The notes beneath the pieces were generated by a model. That model made no database searches and was not told where the DNA came from. It worked only from the letters and a program-made list of their open reading frames with translations. A stretch of 64,000 bases of DNA, from contig JAUZTB010003499.1 in NCBI GenBank assembly GCA_034780895.1, forward strand, positions 1-64,000, in the 5' to 3' direction. Numbering within the stretch: position 1 is the stretch's first letter; each line of letters opens with the position of its first letter. The DNA comes from Rhynchobatus australiae. Lineage: Eukaryota. This document shows positions 1-13,663 of this stretch, piece after piece. The translations under genes were made by a program, and so were the position numbers.

Positions 1-148
1 TTTTTGAAATTTATGCTTTTCTTTTTTAGCTATATTAATACAAAATTAGAAAGTAGAAAATCAGCTAAAATCTTGAATCATTCAATTATCAAGAGCTAAT
101 TACTTATTAAAAAATGAAAATGAAATAAAAAAAAAGTTGCTAACTTAA

Positions 149-532
149 TTATCTTTGCAACTCTCTTTGCATTGTCGGCGTCGCTTCGATACGGTCTAAT
201 CTTTCATTAACTTTTTTAAATCCAGTGGCAATAGCAAAAGTCAAATTTTGAATATCGTTACTTAATTGATCGATTTTTTTATCTAAATTGTCAAGTCGAA
301 CTTCGATTTTATCGAGTCGAATTTCGATTTTGTCTACTTTAACATTGAGCACATCAATTTGCTCTTGCAACTCTTGATTAGTCGGTCCTTTACCTCGCAA
401 AATCGTCAATCCTTTCAGCTCGATTAATATTTCACCTTCATTTTCACTATTCTTTTTTAAAGGATTAATAATTACCGTTTTTCATTTTTTGAGCTCATTT
501 AACAATTTATTCTTTGTTCATGACACTTTCAT
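149..532 (-). CDS. Heptad-repeat coiled-coil protein (DUF16-like mycoplasma family)
   Basis: ATG at 532 after GAGGA; frame open with TGA=Trp (MKVSWTKNKLL...RGKGPT...VDKIEIRLDKIEVRLDNLDKKIDQL); family call by resemblance. Confidence 0.7.
289..330. repeat. Imperfect 21-bp tandem repeat encoding 7-aa heptads
   Basis: tgtcaagtcgaacttcgattt / tatcgagtcgaatttcgattt. Confidence 0.7.
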
Positions 533-1174
533 TTCCTCGCCAAATTTTTAGATCAAAAGTTTTTTCTGATTAGTCCGTATTTTTTATTTACCTTATTGTA
601 GCCATTTTCTAAAATCTAGTTTTTTAGTTCAAAAAATATAAAATGAATTTTGATAGTTTTATTATCTTATCTTTTTGTCTTTTCTTTATCATTTTTTTTT
701 GAAAACTTCGTCCAATTTTTCTATTTACACATTTAAAATAACTTAAAAATAATTAACAATTAAACAATTTTGAAAGCTTTATTTCTAAGTAAAAGCTTCT
801 TTTTATTTTTCGCAAAATAAATTATTAATTGTTGTCATAAAACTGATTTAACTTAAAAGCAGCGAAAAATAACACAAGCTCTTTTAGTTTCAAGCTTAAA
901 TTAAGCCTAATTTTTAATTAAAGCTAATAATTACTTTAAAAATAAACTAAGTAAAAGACCAAAAAGTTTGCAAAATTAAGTTAAGTTTAATTCTAAATAC
1001 AAACTCCACTTTAAAACAGAAGTTATAAAATAAAACTTTTCGTAAAAGCTAAAAAGAGAAACTCTAGTCTTTGTAATTAAGTAACTATCTGATAGTAATA
1101 AAAATAAATTTAAAAATTCCATTAAATTTTATAATTTATTTATAGACAATTAAGCTTTAGTTATAATATGGATT

Positions 1175-2749
1175 ATGAATTGAGGCAATTTTTGACGTTC
1201 TTTATTTTCTAAATTAAGTAAATATAGCGGCTGAAGTTTTTTAAAATGAGAAATTAAAAACTTAAAATTAGGTTCCTTTAAAACGCGTTACATCTTTTTA
1301 GTTTATTTTTTAATTACCATTTTTTCGAGTTTAGTTTTATTCAGCCCTTGGGCCCAAAGTGGCAAACGAGCAGTTTCTTATTTAGACGCTCTTTTTACTT
1401 CGGCTTCAGCTTTTTCTGATACTGGCTTAGTCACTTTACCGACTTATGAAACTTGATCAATTTTTGGTCAAGCCTTAATTGCCTTTTTAATAGTTCTCGG
1501 TGGACTTGGCGTTTTCGCGCTCAAAATCTTTATTTTTAATTACCTTTTTCGCCTTAAAAGTAGCCACACGAGTCGTAACTTAGTGAATGCCGAAAGAGGC
1601 TCTAGTGTTTTTGGTAATACTAAAACGGTAATTATTAATTCCTTATCAGTGATTAGCGTTTTGATTTTACTTTTTGGTCTGAGCTTAAGCCTTTATTTTT
1701 ATTTTGTAGCGCCTAGTTCGACGATTTTAAAAACGCGCTTAGCGCAAGGCCAAAAGGTCGCTTTTACTAACCCTTATGGCAACTGAGCCTTAAGTTTTCG
1801 CTTTGGCTTTTTCCACACTATCAGTGCTATTAATAACGCCGGCTTTGATATTATTTCAGGCAATAGTTTAATGCCTTATTACAACAATTACACTTTGCAA
1901 TTAGCTTTTGTTTTTTTATTTTTTATTGGTGGCATTGGTTATCCTCTTATTAGTGATTTAGTAGAACACATTAAAGTTTATTTTCATAATCGTAAACACC
2001 CTAATGAATACCGTAAGCTGAACTACACTTTATTTACCAAAATTTCCTTAATTACTTATTTTACGGTAGGGATTATTATTTTAGTTTTAACTTATGCTTT
2101 TGAGATTAGTTCCACAGGAGCCACTTTTTGAAACTTAGCCGAAAACGGTAACGCTTGGGAAAAAAGTTTTGCCCTCTTTTTTAATGCCACCACAACCCGC
2201 TCAGCAGGCTTTGCTTCGAGCGATTTAAATTCGCTCTCGCCTGCTACTTTGATTGTTTTTTCCATTGCCATGTTTATTGGCGCTTCGCCTTCTTCAACTG
2301 GCGGGGGCATTAGAATTACTACTTTGGCGCTTATTTTAATGGCTTTTTGGGCGCGCCTTAGTGGCCGTAATTCAATACGCGCCTTTAAGCGCAAAATTCC
2401 TCAGGAAACAGTACAAATGGCTTTTGTAGTTACTACCGCCGCTTTTATCTTAGTAACTTTAGTTACTTTTATTGGCTTTTCTTCTTTAAGTTCTTATCGC
2501 GGTATGCTCCAAGACACTGTTTTTCCTATAGGTATTAGTAATATCTTATTCGAAGTAACTAGCGCCTTTGGCACAACGGGCTTATCGACTGGCATTACTT
2601 CTAAACTTAATGCTGTTTCCAAAGTCTTTTTAATTTTTACTATGTTTATTGGTCAATTAGGGATCTCGAGCACTATTTCTTCTTGACGCTCACGCAAAAC
2701 GCGTATTGAAGAGTATGATTTTATTGAAGAAGGAGTCGCTATTGGCTAA
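1175..2749 (+). CDS. ktrB: TrkH/KtrB potassium uptake membrane subunit
   Basis: Pore motifs SAFSDTGL, SAINNAGF, TTRSAGF, SAFGTTGLSTG and FIGASPSSTGGGIR; three track ORFs join across TGA. Confidence 0.92.
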
Positions 2750-2825
2750 AAAAGAGAGTAAAATATTTAATTAATAATGGCTCATTGATAAGCTTTAAAG
2801 TTAATTTAGCGAAAGGTTTAATTTT

Positions 2826-4307
2826 ATGGAACAAAAACTCAACGATCAAAACTTAAAACGTTTAGAGAAACTAGCCACACTTAAAAAAGACTATAGCGTT
2901 TATCGTCCTTTTAGTTTTTCCCAAGAGCTTACTAAGGCAGCTTATTTAATTAGTAATTATGATCATTACTCTAGAGCAGTTTTAGATCAAAAAGGGTTAC
3001 GATTTTCCCTAGCAGGACGCTTAGTAGCAAAGCGCGGCCCTTTTTTAGTAATTAAAGACTTGAGCGGCACAATTCAGCTTTTTCACAATCATAAAGCTAA
3101 CCTTAAGCTTAATCAACTGATCGAACTTTTAGACTTAGGCGATATTGTTTTTGTCAGAGGCTTTTTAAGTAAGTCTAATCGCGGCCAATTAACTTTACGT
3201 TTTGATCATTTAGAAATTTTAGCTAAAGCGCTGCAGCCTTTACCGAAACAGTATTATGGCTTTAAAGACCAAGAAGAAAGATACCGTAAACGTTATCTAG
3301 ATTTAATTATTAATGAGCACGCTTGAAATACTTTTCAAAAACGCTTCCAAATTATTGCCTTAGTGCGTCAGTATTTTAATGAAAATGAGTACTTAGAAGT
3401 GGAAACGCCGATTTTGCATTCTGTTTTAGCAGGCGGCGAAGCAAAGCCTTTTAGCACTTTTTATAACGCCTTAAAAGCGACTTTTCATTTACGGGTAGCT
3501 ACTGAGCTCGCTTTGAAAAAACTGCTAGTCGGTGGCTTTGAAAGAGTTTATGAAATCGGGCGTGTTTTTCGTAATGAAGGCATTGATACTAGCCATAATC
3601 CCGAATTTACTTCGATTGAGTTTTACCAAGCTTATGCTAATTTAGAAACGATGCTTTACCATACTGAAAAGGTGATTAAGTTTTTAGCTTCGCAACTAGG
3701 ACTAAAAAGTTTTGAATACCAAAAGCAAACTATTGATTTAACAAAACCTTTTCAAAAAATTAATATGATCGAAGCTTTATCACAGCGTTTAAAAGTTGAT
3801 ATTAGAAAGCTAAGTTTAGCGCAGCTGCAAGCTTATGGAGATCAATACCAAATTGAAGCGAAGCCTTTTTTTGTGGCGGGTCATTATATTCAGGCGCTCT
3901 TTGAAAAACTGATTGAAAAAACTTTAGTAGCACCTACTTTTGTTTGTTATCCACCTTTAGTTGTTTCTCCTTTAGCTGCTGAGTCGCTTCAGTATCCAGG
4001 CTTTGCCGATCGCGCTGAACTTTTTATTAATGGTAAAGAATACGCTAATATGTTTACCGAGTTAAACGATCCCATCGAACAAAAAGCAAGGTTTTTAAAA
4101 CAGCGTGAGGAAAAACTTTTAGGTAATGAAGAAGCTGGCGATATTGATGAAACTTTTATTGATGCTCTCTCTTATGCTATGCCTCCAGCTGGAGGCTGCG
4201 GCATAGGTATTGATCGACTAGTCATGCTTTTAACGCAGCAAAATTCAATTCGCGAAGTATTACTCTTTCCTACTTTAAAAACAAATCCTTCGCAAGCGAA
4301 GGATTAA
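2826..4307 (+). CDS. lysS: Lysine--tRNA ligase
   Basis: [36 protein letters not shown]-like [16 protein letters not shown]. Confidence 0.97.
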
Positions 4308-4326
4308 AAATTTGGCTCAAATTAAA

Positions 4327-4884
4327 CTAAACTTTAGAATATTTTTCGGGGTGCAATTTTTTCATTTGGGCGATAAACTCTTCTTTATTTAAAGCGCCAT
4401 AGTTTTGCTTTAAAGCTTGGCACTCTGCTAAAATAGCTTGCGCCGCTTCGAGATCTAAAAACTCACCGACTTTAGTTTGCCCTGGCCCTTTTCAGTTTTT
4501 ATAATTACTAAAAAAGAACCTTAAACTTTCTAAAAAAGCTGCTCCTAAATCTTGAATCGTTTTGATCTTTGCTAAACGATAATCATCAGCATGGGTAGCA
4601 ATTAATTTAGTATCGGTTTCACCACTATCAATCATTTGCATGGCACCGATTAAATTAACTTTAATTTGGCTGCCCGGCAAAAACTTTTCCGGACTGTAAA
4701 TTAAAACGTCTAAAGCATCGCCATCATAATCGAGCGTGTTTTCAAAGAAGCCATAATTAGCAGGATAAAAAAAGCCTGCGCGTAAAATGCGATCTACGGC
4801 GATTTTTTGCTTATCAGCTTGGTATTCGTATTTAATGTTGCTACCTTGAGGAATTTCCACCGTAGCAATTAGTTTTTTTAGCAT
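4327..4884 (-). CDS. ppa: Inorganic pyrophosphatase (family I)
   Basis: EIPQGSNIKYE, YPANYGF, DGDALD; reads through TGA to TAG at 4327. Confidence 0.95.
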
Positions 4885-4938
4885 AAAATTATTTTAGCAC
4901 AATTCTTTTTGAGTTCTTTTTTTGTTATTAAAAGCTTC

Positions 4939-6384
4939 TTAATGAGCGCTTAAGTCTTGATAAAAAGTTTCACTTAATTTATCATTATGGGCAAAGAGGA
5001 TGCGATCACCTTTTTGAGCGCCAAAGTTTTTGAGTAAGGAAATGGCCTCTGAAGGGTCTTGACGGCACTTTTGATAAATGGCTGGGGAGTTAGGTAAAAT
5101 AAAAACTGAGTGTACAATGCCAAAGGAGTTAACTAAATCAGGATCTTTTAAAATGCCAATAATAGGGGCATTAGGACGCAGTTTGGCAATTCTTTCGAGG
5201 AGCTTACCAGTGTCTGATAAAACTAAAATAAAAGCAAAATCACCGTCTTTAACGCGATCAGCAATAGCAATAGCAATAGAAGAGCGAAAGTCTTTAGCTA
5301 AAGTTTTTTTATTAGTTTCAAGCTGTTTTTGATAATACAGTTTAGAATAAAACTCTTTTTCGGCGCGCATGTTAATTTGCGACATTACTTTTACTGCTTC
5401 TTCAGGAAAAAGCCCCTGAGCGCTCTCGCCAGAGAGCATGGTAGCATCTGCTCCTAGTTCAGTAGCAAAATAAACATCAGTCACTTCGGCTCTAGTCGGT
5501 TGCGTATTTGATTCCATGGAATCGAGCATTTGGGTTGCCACAATTACTGGCTTACCTACATTACGGCACTTACGAATAATTTGCTTTTGGTAAAAAGGCA
5601 CTTCATAATACGGAATTTCTAAGCCTAAATCACCGCGCGCAATCATAATGCCATCAGCCGCTTCAATAATTTCATCGATATTTTTGATGCCTAAAGTAGA
5701 TTCTATTTTGGCAATAATTTTAATTTTTTGGCCCTCGTTTTGATCGAGCAGCTGGCGCAACTCATAAACGTTTTCCTTACTATTAACAAAAGAAGCGGCC
5801 ACATAATTAATTTTTAAACTAATGCCAAAAATAATATCGCTTTTATCACGAGGCGATAAAAAAGGTAAAGAAAAGTTAATATCAGGCAAATTAATGCGCT
5901 TGTTCGATCTTAAAAGATGGTTGTTTAAAACTTGACAAACGATAATTTGTTTTTCTATTTTTTTAACTTTAACGGCTAATTTACCATCATCAATTAAAAT
6001 CATCTGTCCTGCTTTTAAGTCTTTATGCATCGCATAAGAGACGCTAATTTCTTCACTAGTACCGACTTTGTGTAAATAAGCTTCAGGATCACAATCAATT
6101 CTTAAAATGCTATGGCGCTTTATTTTCACTGCCCCTTGTGATATTTGACCAATGCGAATTTCAGGCCCTTTAGTGTCTAAAAGAAGAGAAACAGGCACTT
6201 TGAGCTCTTCACTAATTTTTCTTGCTAAATGAAACTTATCGGCTTGCTCGGCATGGCTGCCATGGGAAAAATTAGCCCGAATGCAAGTCGAACCAGCGAG
6301 GATTAATTTTTTCATGACTTCGTAATTGTCTGAGCTGGGCCCTACCGTGATAATTAATTTACTACGTTTGGCAACAAGGTGCAT
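4939..6384 (-). CDS. pyk: Pyruvate kinase
   Basis: RANFSHG, DTKGPEIR, ARGDLG, ATQMLDSM, MLSGESA. Confidence 0.97.
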   Translation of the reverse strand: MHLVAKRSKLIITVGPSSDNYEVMKKLILAGSTCIRANFSHGSHAEQADKFHLARKISEELKVPVSLLLDTKGPEIRIGQISQGAVKIKRHSILRIDCDPEAYLHKVGTSEEISVSYAMHKDLKAGQMILIDDGKLAVKVKKIEKQIIVCQVLNNHLLRSNKRINLPDINFSLPFLSPRDKSDIIFGISLKINYVAASFVNSKENVYELRQLLDQNEGQKIKIIAKIESTLGIKNIDEIIEAADGIMIARGDLGLEIPYYEVPFYQKQIIRKCRNVGKPVIVATQMLDSMESNTQPTRAEVTDVYFATELGADATMLSGESAQGLFPEEAVKVMSQINMRAEKEFYSKLYYQKQLETNKKTLAKDFRSSIAIAIADRVKDGDFAFILVLSDTGKLLERIAKLRPNAPIIGILKDPDLVNSFGIVHSVFILPNSPAIYQKCRQDPSEAISLLKNFGAQKGDRILFAHNDKLSETFYQDLSAH

Positions 6385-6431
6385 TGACTCTCCTTAACTA
6401 GCAGCCAAAACTTTAACTAGTTTTGCTTTTT

Positions 6432-7028
6432 TTAATTAGTTGCTTTTTTAATTTTGAAATTAGCAACTTTAGTACTAAGATCGTTTTTATTGTTAGTATA
6501 AACTAAAAAAGGTAGTTTTTGGCTATTGCTTAAGTTGGGCAAATTAATTTTGCTGCGTTTTTCTTGATAAGCAATGGTAGCTACTAAGTTTTGCGATTGA
6601 GGCTCGGTATTGGCTATAGCGCTAATTATTAGTTTTCCTTGGGGATTATTTTTCATAAAAGCGCCAATCTTACTGTCCTCACTAAAATTAAAAGTGAAAT
6701 TAGTTAAATTAAGATTTTCTGGATCAATTTCTTGCTCGATGATTTTATTATCAAGCGCGCTAGCGGAAAGCGAAACAAAATAACTTAAAGCTTTTAAATC
6801 ATTCGCTTCTAAATTATTAAGTTTGGCTTCATCTAAATCTGCTTTAATTAAATTACTAAGGCTTTGGGCGCGCTCTTTAATGTTACTAAGATTTTGCTTG
6901 GTTAAGTGCCGCGAAACTAAAGCGGTCGTAATAGTTGCTGCTAAAACGAGCCCACTAGCACAAAAAAGACTAATAATTTTTGCTTTTTTACTCGTATTAA
7001 GCTTTTTCCAAAATGCTTTTAGTTTCAT
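6432..7028 (-). CDS. Hypothetical membrane-anchored protein
   Basis: 198-aa ORF with basic N-terminus and one hydrophobic segment. Confidence 0.75.
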   Translation of the reverse strand: MKLKAFWKKLNTSKKAKIISLFCASGLVLAATITTALVSRHLTKQNLSNIKERAQSLSNLIKADLDEAKLNNLEANDLKALSYFVSLSASALDNKIIEQEIDPENLNLTNFTFNFSEDSKIGAFMKNNPQGKLIISAIANTEPQSQNLVATIAYQEKRSKINLPNLSNSQKLPFLVYTNNKNDLSTKVANFKIKKATN

Positions 7029-7115
7029 AATTTTTCCTTAGTTAATTAATTAAAGCGTAGAATACTTTTTTATTATACTTGATCTTTGTGATTCAGGCTT
7101 TAGTAAAAAGCGAGC

Positions 7116-8510
<1,395 letters not shown>

Positions 8511-8571
8511 TTAAAATTAAGTTTTTTTACTTTGAAGTGATAACTTATTATAACGTTAATACAAAAAAAAG

Positions 8572-8595
8572 ACGAAGCCTTTTTTGAGCTTCGTG
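8572..8595 (-). terminator. Probable intrinsic terminator after pepO
   Basis: acgaagc...gcttcgt stem next to an A-run (U-run on minus strand). Confidence 0.55.
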
Positions 8596-8619
8596 AAGTT
8601 TTTTTTGAAAGCTTGGCGC

Positions 8620-10530
8620 TTATCAAATTTTAACGCGCTTTTCTGGGGCTAAATACATTTTATCACCCGCTTTAATTTCAAAAGTTTCTAAAAAAGGACT
8701 AAAGTTACTTAATTGTAAATTAGCGCGTAATTTAGCCGGCGCATGAACATCACTTTGCAATAACATTTTGGCATAATCGGCTTTAAATTTAGCTCTTCAG
8801 ACTCTTGCATGGTTAATAAAAAAGCTTGGTGCATCAAAATCGTCTCTTTTTTTGGCGGCCGCAAAAGCACAAGCAATGCCGCCACTATCGGCGATATTTT
8901 CTGAAACTGTTAGTTTCCCTTGACATTGACCAAATTCGGTTTCTTTTCCTTCAAAGAGCTCAATCATCTCTTCTGTTTTTAATTTAAAACTTTGATGATC
9001 TTCAGGCGTTCATCATAAATTTAAATTACCATTTTCATCAAATTGGGCTCCGTTATTGTCAAAGGCATGAGAAATTTCATGAGCGATAACTGCACCGATG
9101 CCGCCAAAATTAGTGCTAGAGTTAGCTTTGGGATCATAAAAAGGCGCTTGCAAAATGGCTGCTGGAAAAACGATTTGATTTCTGGAAGGGTGAAAATAAG
9201 CATTAACAGTAGCTGGTGACATGCCTCACAATTTTTTATTAATTGGTTGCAAGTATTTGCTAAATTGATACTCACTAATGATTTGGCGAAAGCTTCAAGC
9301 ATTAGCTAATAAAGAGTCGCTTTGCTTACTATTTTTAACGATCAGTTTTTGATAATAAGGACGGATTTCGCTAGGAAAGCCAATTAAGGGCTCTAATTTG
9401 GAAAGCTTTAAAATGGCTTTTGTTTTAGTAGGCTCTGAAAGTCACTCATTCTTTTGCAATCTTTGTTGGTAAATGGCGATCATGGCAAAGACCATTTGTT
9501 CTACGTCTTTTTTTGCTTCTAGGCCGAAATGATCATGGGCGTATTGCAATCCTAAAGGCATATTGAAAAAACTTTTAGCGACTAAAAAGGCGTGCTTAGG
9601 GGCGCTATAAGCTTTTTCGATACCGAAGAGTTGATTGTGGAAACTCACGCCTAAAAGGCGCACTTTTTCGCTTAGATAAGGACTTGCTTTATAAATTAAA
9701 TCAAGGATTAACATCTTTTTATAATCAGCAAAGTTGTGCTCGTTAAAAAGACTATCAAATTTTTCTAAAAAAGGTGGATAAGTAATGACGATAGTATCTA
9801 CTTTTTGCTTCACTAAACTTTGGCAAATGGCCGCTAAATCGAAAAGGCCAAGCTTTTGATCGACTGCTGCTAAAGCCATCGGATTATACTGTTTCACATA
9901 ATCGGCTCTTTCGGTAGCGCTTTGGCTTAAAGGCACTAGTTTTTCATCAAAACGCAAAGCCCCATTAATAATTGCTAAAGCTTCAGCACTTTCAAAATCG
10001 AGGGCCTTTAAAAGCTCTAAACTTTTTAAGCGATAAAGATTTTGTCATTTCACTTTTTCTTTTTGCTTTTCATAGTAACTTTTTTCTGGCAATAGTAAAG
10101 AAGGCCCGCCAAAATAAAGCACTTGTTTTTGACTATCAATAAAATCGCTAGCTACGCCAAGTTCAAAAGGTAAATAAAGCTCGTTTTTAATCAGCTCGGG
10201 CACTAAAGCGTTTAAGGCGCTAAAACTATTAATCGCATCAACTTTTTTTAATAAAGCTTGAAGCGCTGGCTTTTCATCTTTTTGGCGTTTTTGGTAGTTT
10301 TTAAACATACCATAAAACTTAATGAACTCTTGAATAATATCGTTTTTAGGCGCCTTTTTTAAATCACGCAACCATAAATCAGCATCAGCACGTAAAATTT
10401 TTTCTAAACGATTATCGATTTCATTAAAAGCGCCAGTGCGCGCTTTATCTTTAGGAATTTGCGCCCTTTGTAATCACTCTGCATTAACAGCAGCGTAGAA
10501 ATCGTTTTTTAGTTTTTGATTATCGATCAT
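8620..10530 (-). CDS. pepO: M13 family neutral endopeptidase PepO
   Basis: DFYAAVN, VNAYF, HEISHAFD, ENIAD, C-terminal RVKIW where W is TGA followed by TAA. Confidence 0.95.
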
Positions 10531-10543
10531 AAGTCTCCTTTTT

Positions 10544-11230
10544 TTAATTTTTTACTAAAGCTAACAATTTAATTAAGCTCGTTTCCGTTCTTAAAATGGT
10601 TTTTCCTAAAGAAAGAAAGTGCACTTTGCTTTTACTTTGCATGAGGCTAATTTCTGCTTCAGAAAAGCCGCCTTCAGGACCTACAACTAAAACGGCTGGT
10701 GAATTATAAAATTGGGGTTCATAAGGTTCCAGCCTTTTTTTACTGAGAGCCACTAAAAAAGGGTAGCTTTGGTATTTTTCAATTATAAGTGAAAATTGCC
10801 AAGGCTGGCCATTATGAAGCACAATTTGGGGCACAACATTACGATAAGCTTGTTGCGCAGCAGCTAAAATGATTTTTTGAAAACGCACAAGGCGAGCCTC
10901 AGTTAAGCGATAAGTACTACTACTAAATTGGCTTTTAAAAAGATAAAAGTGGCTAATGCCTAATTCGGTGCCTTTTTCGAAAAGCCACTCTAGCCTTTTT
11001 TGCTTAATTAAAGGCACAAAGGCAATCGTGGCAAAATTGTTTTCATGATTAAAACTAAAGCTTTTTAAAATTCAAGCGCGCTCTTTATCAACTTTACAAA
11101 GATACGCCTTATTTTCATAAATAGCGATAATTGATTCCTTTTGGACACGCAAAACTTTAAGGTGTTGCTTTTGCTCTTGATTCAATAAAAAATGATCAGT
11201 TTCTTTTTTAGTAAAAAAAAATCGGTGCAT
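10544..11230 (-). CDS. rsmE: 16S rRNA m3U1498 methyltransferase RsmE
   Basis: MHRFF start, HLKVLR, EKGTELG, VGPEGGFS, LGKTILRTET. Confidence 0.92.
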
Positions 11231-11241
11231 TGAGACTCGCT

Positions 11242-12162
11242 TTAGTGATAGTTGGCGTTAATTAAGAGCACCATTTTTCCTTGCGCATAAAAATGGTGAA
11301 AGCCATGCGTTAAAATGCAGCTTGAATATTTTTTAACTTTTTGTTGATCGATTTTTCCTTCACCTTTAATGATCACAATTTCGTATCAGAGCGCTTTTTT
11401 GAGGGTAATTTTTTGCGGTTTATCAATAACTATTTTACTTAAATGAAAATAATTATTGCTTACTAAAAGGCAACTTTTTTGGCTTTGCGTTTTGATAATG
11501 GAAGCTTGATAATCAAGCTTAATCGTTTGATAAGCTTTTTCAAGATGTAAAGGGCGCAATTTGCCATCTAAATCAAGACGCTTAAAATCATCAACACGAA
11601 AAGTTAAATCAGAAGCTTGCTGCAGCTCAAAAACAGTGCTCTGAGCGCCTAGAGCGTGCACTAGGCCTGCTTTTAAGTACAAAAAATCGTCTTTTAGTAA
11701 AACCTTTTTTTTACTAAAAGGGAGCAGCTTTTGCTCAAATAAAGCTTTTTTAAAAGTAGCTGGATCGAGCTTTTCTAAGCCTATTAAAAAAGGCTCAGGG
11801 CCCGCTTTTAAAACGTATCAGCACTCGTCTTTACCGAGGCTTTGATAGTTTTTTAAAGCATAATCATTATCAGGGTGCACTTGTAAAGAAAGTGATTGCG
11901 CCGTATCAATGATTTTTAATAAGTTAGGATAAGTTTTTAGTTTACTCTGAAATAAGTACTGATGACCTAAAAAGAGTTCTTCCAAATTAAGAAGATAGTA
12001 TTCAGGGTTTAAGCACTGACTCTGTTTTTGTGGATAAGCCGAAAGCAATCAAGCTTCGCCAATCGGCGCATCGCTTTGATAGTAGCTTTGGAGATTGTTT
12101 CCGGCCCAGAGTGTCTTTTTTAAATAAGGCTTAAAAAATAAAAATTTAGGATAATCTTTCAT
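11242..12162 (-). CDS. manA: Mannose-6-phosphate isomerase class I
   Basis: LWAGN, GEAWLLS, LSLQVHPD, GKDECW, AGLVHAL, ELQQASDLTFR. Confidence 0.92.
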
Positions 12163-12232
12163 AATAAAAATATTATCCTTTTTTTTCTAAATTAAGCTAA
12201 ATCGGCACATTTAGTTGTGCTAAAATTTGTTA

Positions 12233-13168
12233 ATGAAACGAATTATTCAAGATATTAAAAATGCCGGCTTAACTTTTTGAATTACCGTACTTTATGGCAT
12301 CTTAATTATTTTGTATATTGTTGGCGCTATTGTTTTTCAAAACAGTTTTCCAAAAAACCAAAACACTTTTATTATCATTTGGGTAATTGTGGGCACTTCT
12401 AGTTTTGCCTTATTAATTATGATCGTTTTACTTTATTGAAAACTGCGTAAACTTTCAATCGTGGAAATTCAAAAGTACTTAGCCTTAAAAAGGGCTCATC
12501 AGTACGCCAAAATGGGTAAAAACGCTAAGTTTAATAAATTCCAAAGCTATTTTAGCTTAGTCCTTTTTTACTTTTTTACCTTAAAACCTGTATTATCAAT
12601 TTTTTCTTTAATAATCATTTTATTTAGTGCTCAAAGACTGCAAAATTTTCCGCTCTGAATTGTTTATCTCATTTTAGTGTGAAACGCTTTAATGATTGTC
12701 ATTAGCTTAGTGCAAATTAGTCTTTTTAGTACTACTTACATTAAAGTTAGTATTCAACACTATCAGCTTTTAAGCGATATGGCTAGCGATATTTATCCTG
12801 ATCGCATTATTAATCGCAAAAACTTTATGCACTATCGTTCTTTTATTAGTGATTATTTAATTAACCAAAAAGCGCAAACGCTTGCGAGTAATGAAAAGCA
12901 ACAAGCTAAAAGTGCGACCACCATTTTTCATGAAAGTGCGATCAGCATTTTTCATCAAGAGATTATCAATACTTACGGTAATGATGCCAAAATTATTTAT
13001 CAGTCAAAATTTGTAAGTAATGAGAACATTTTCGTTTGTGAACTTTTTGTTGCTTTAGATAATGGTGAAAAAATAAATTTTGGCCAAGCAAGTGGCGAAA
13101 ATAAAAAGGCAGCTTGTTTAGAAGTTGCTAAAAACGCTTTAGCAGAACACTTTGAAACTTCAGATTAA
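12233..13168 (+). CDS. Membrane protein (about 4 TM) with C-terminal dsRNA-binding-motif-like domain
   Basis: One 311-aa frame across TGA; four hydrophobic segments, then ...FVCELFV...GQASGENKKAACLEVAKNAL. Confidence 0.8.
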
Positions 13169-13663
13169 CTTAAGATTTTTATAAGCTAGTTTTAAGTTAC
13201 TAAAAATCAAAATTTATTAATAAAGTAATTTGCACTTTTAAAAAAGCAAAAAAATGATGCTTGATTTTCGCTTCCAAAAAAGTTTCAAAAAGGAAATTTA
13301 AGTTTTTTTAGTTTTTAAGCTTTTTAGAGCCTAAAAAACTCACTTATGAAACAAAAACTGAAAAAAATAAAAAAAATCATTATTTTTAAGTTTTAGTAAA
13401 TTTTTGGGGCATTATTATTTCAGTACTTTTTATTATTATATTTATTTTTTAATTTTTATTTAACGATATCGCTTTTTAACGAGCTATGCTTGTCATTAAA
13501 TTGCTTTCATAAACGATCCTTTTTTTGCTCTTAGTAATTTAGTTTGGCATTTTTTCAAAGAGCTCGAAACTTATAACTGATTTTGGCTAACAACTTTAAA
13601 GGTCTTGCTTATGAAAAATTTTCAAAAAAAATAATTTTATTTATTTTTTAGTATAGTTTTACT

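Noticed and set aside
540-1160. CRISPR, tRNA or origin in AT-rich intergenic regions (also 13170-13660)
   Set aside because: No regularly spaced repeats, cloverleaf or DnaA-box cluster seen
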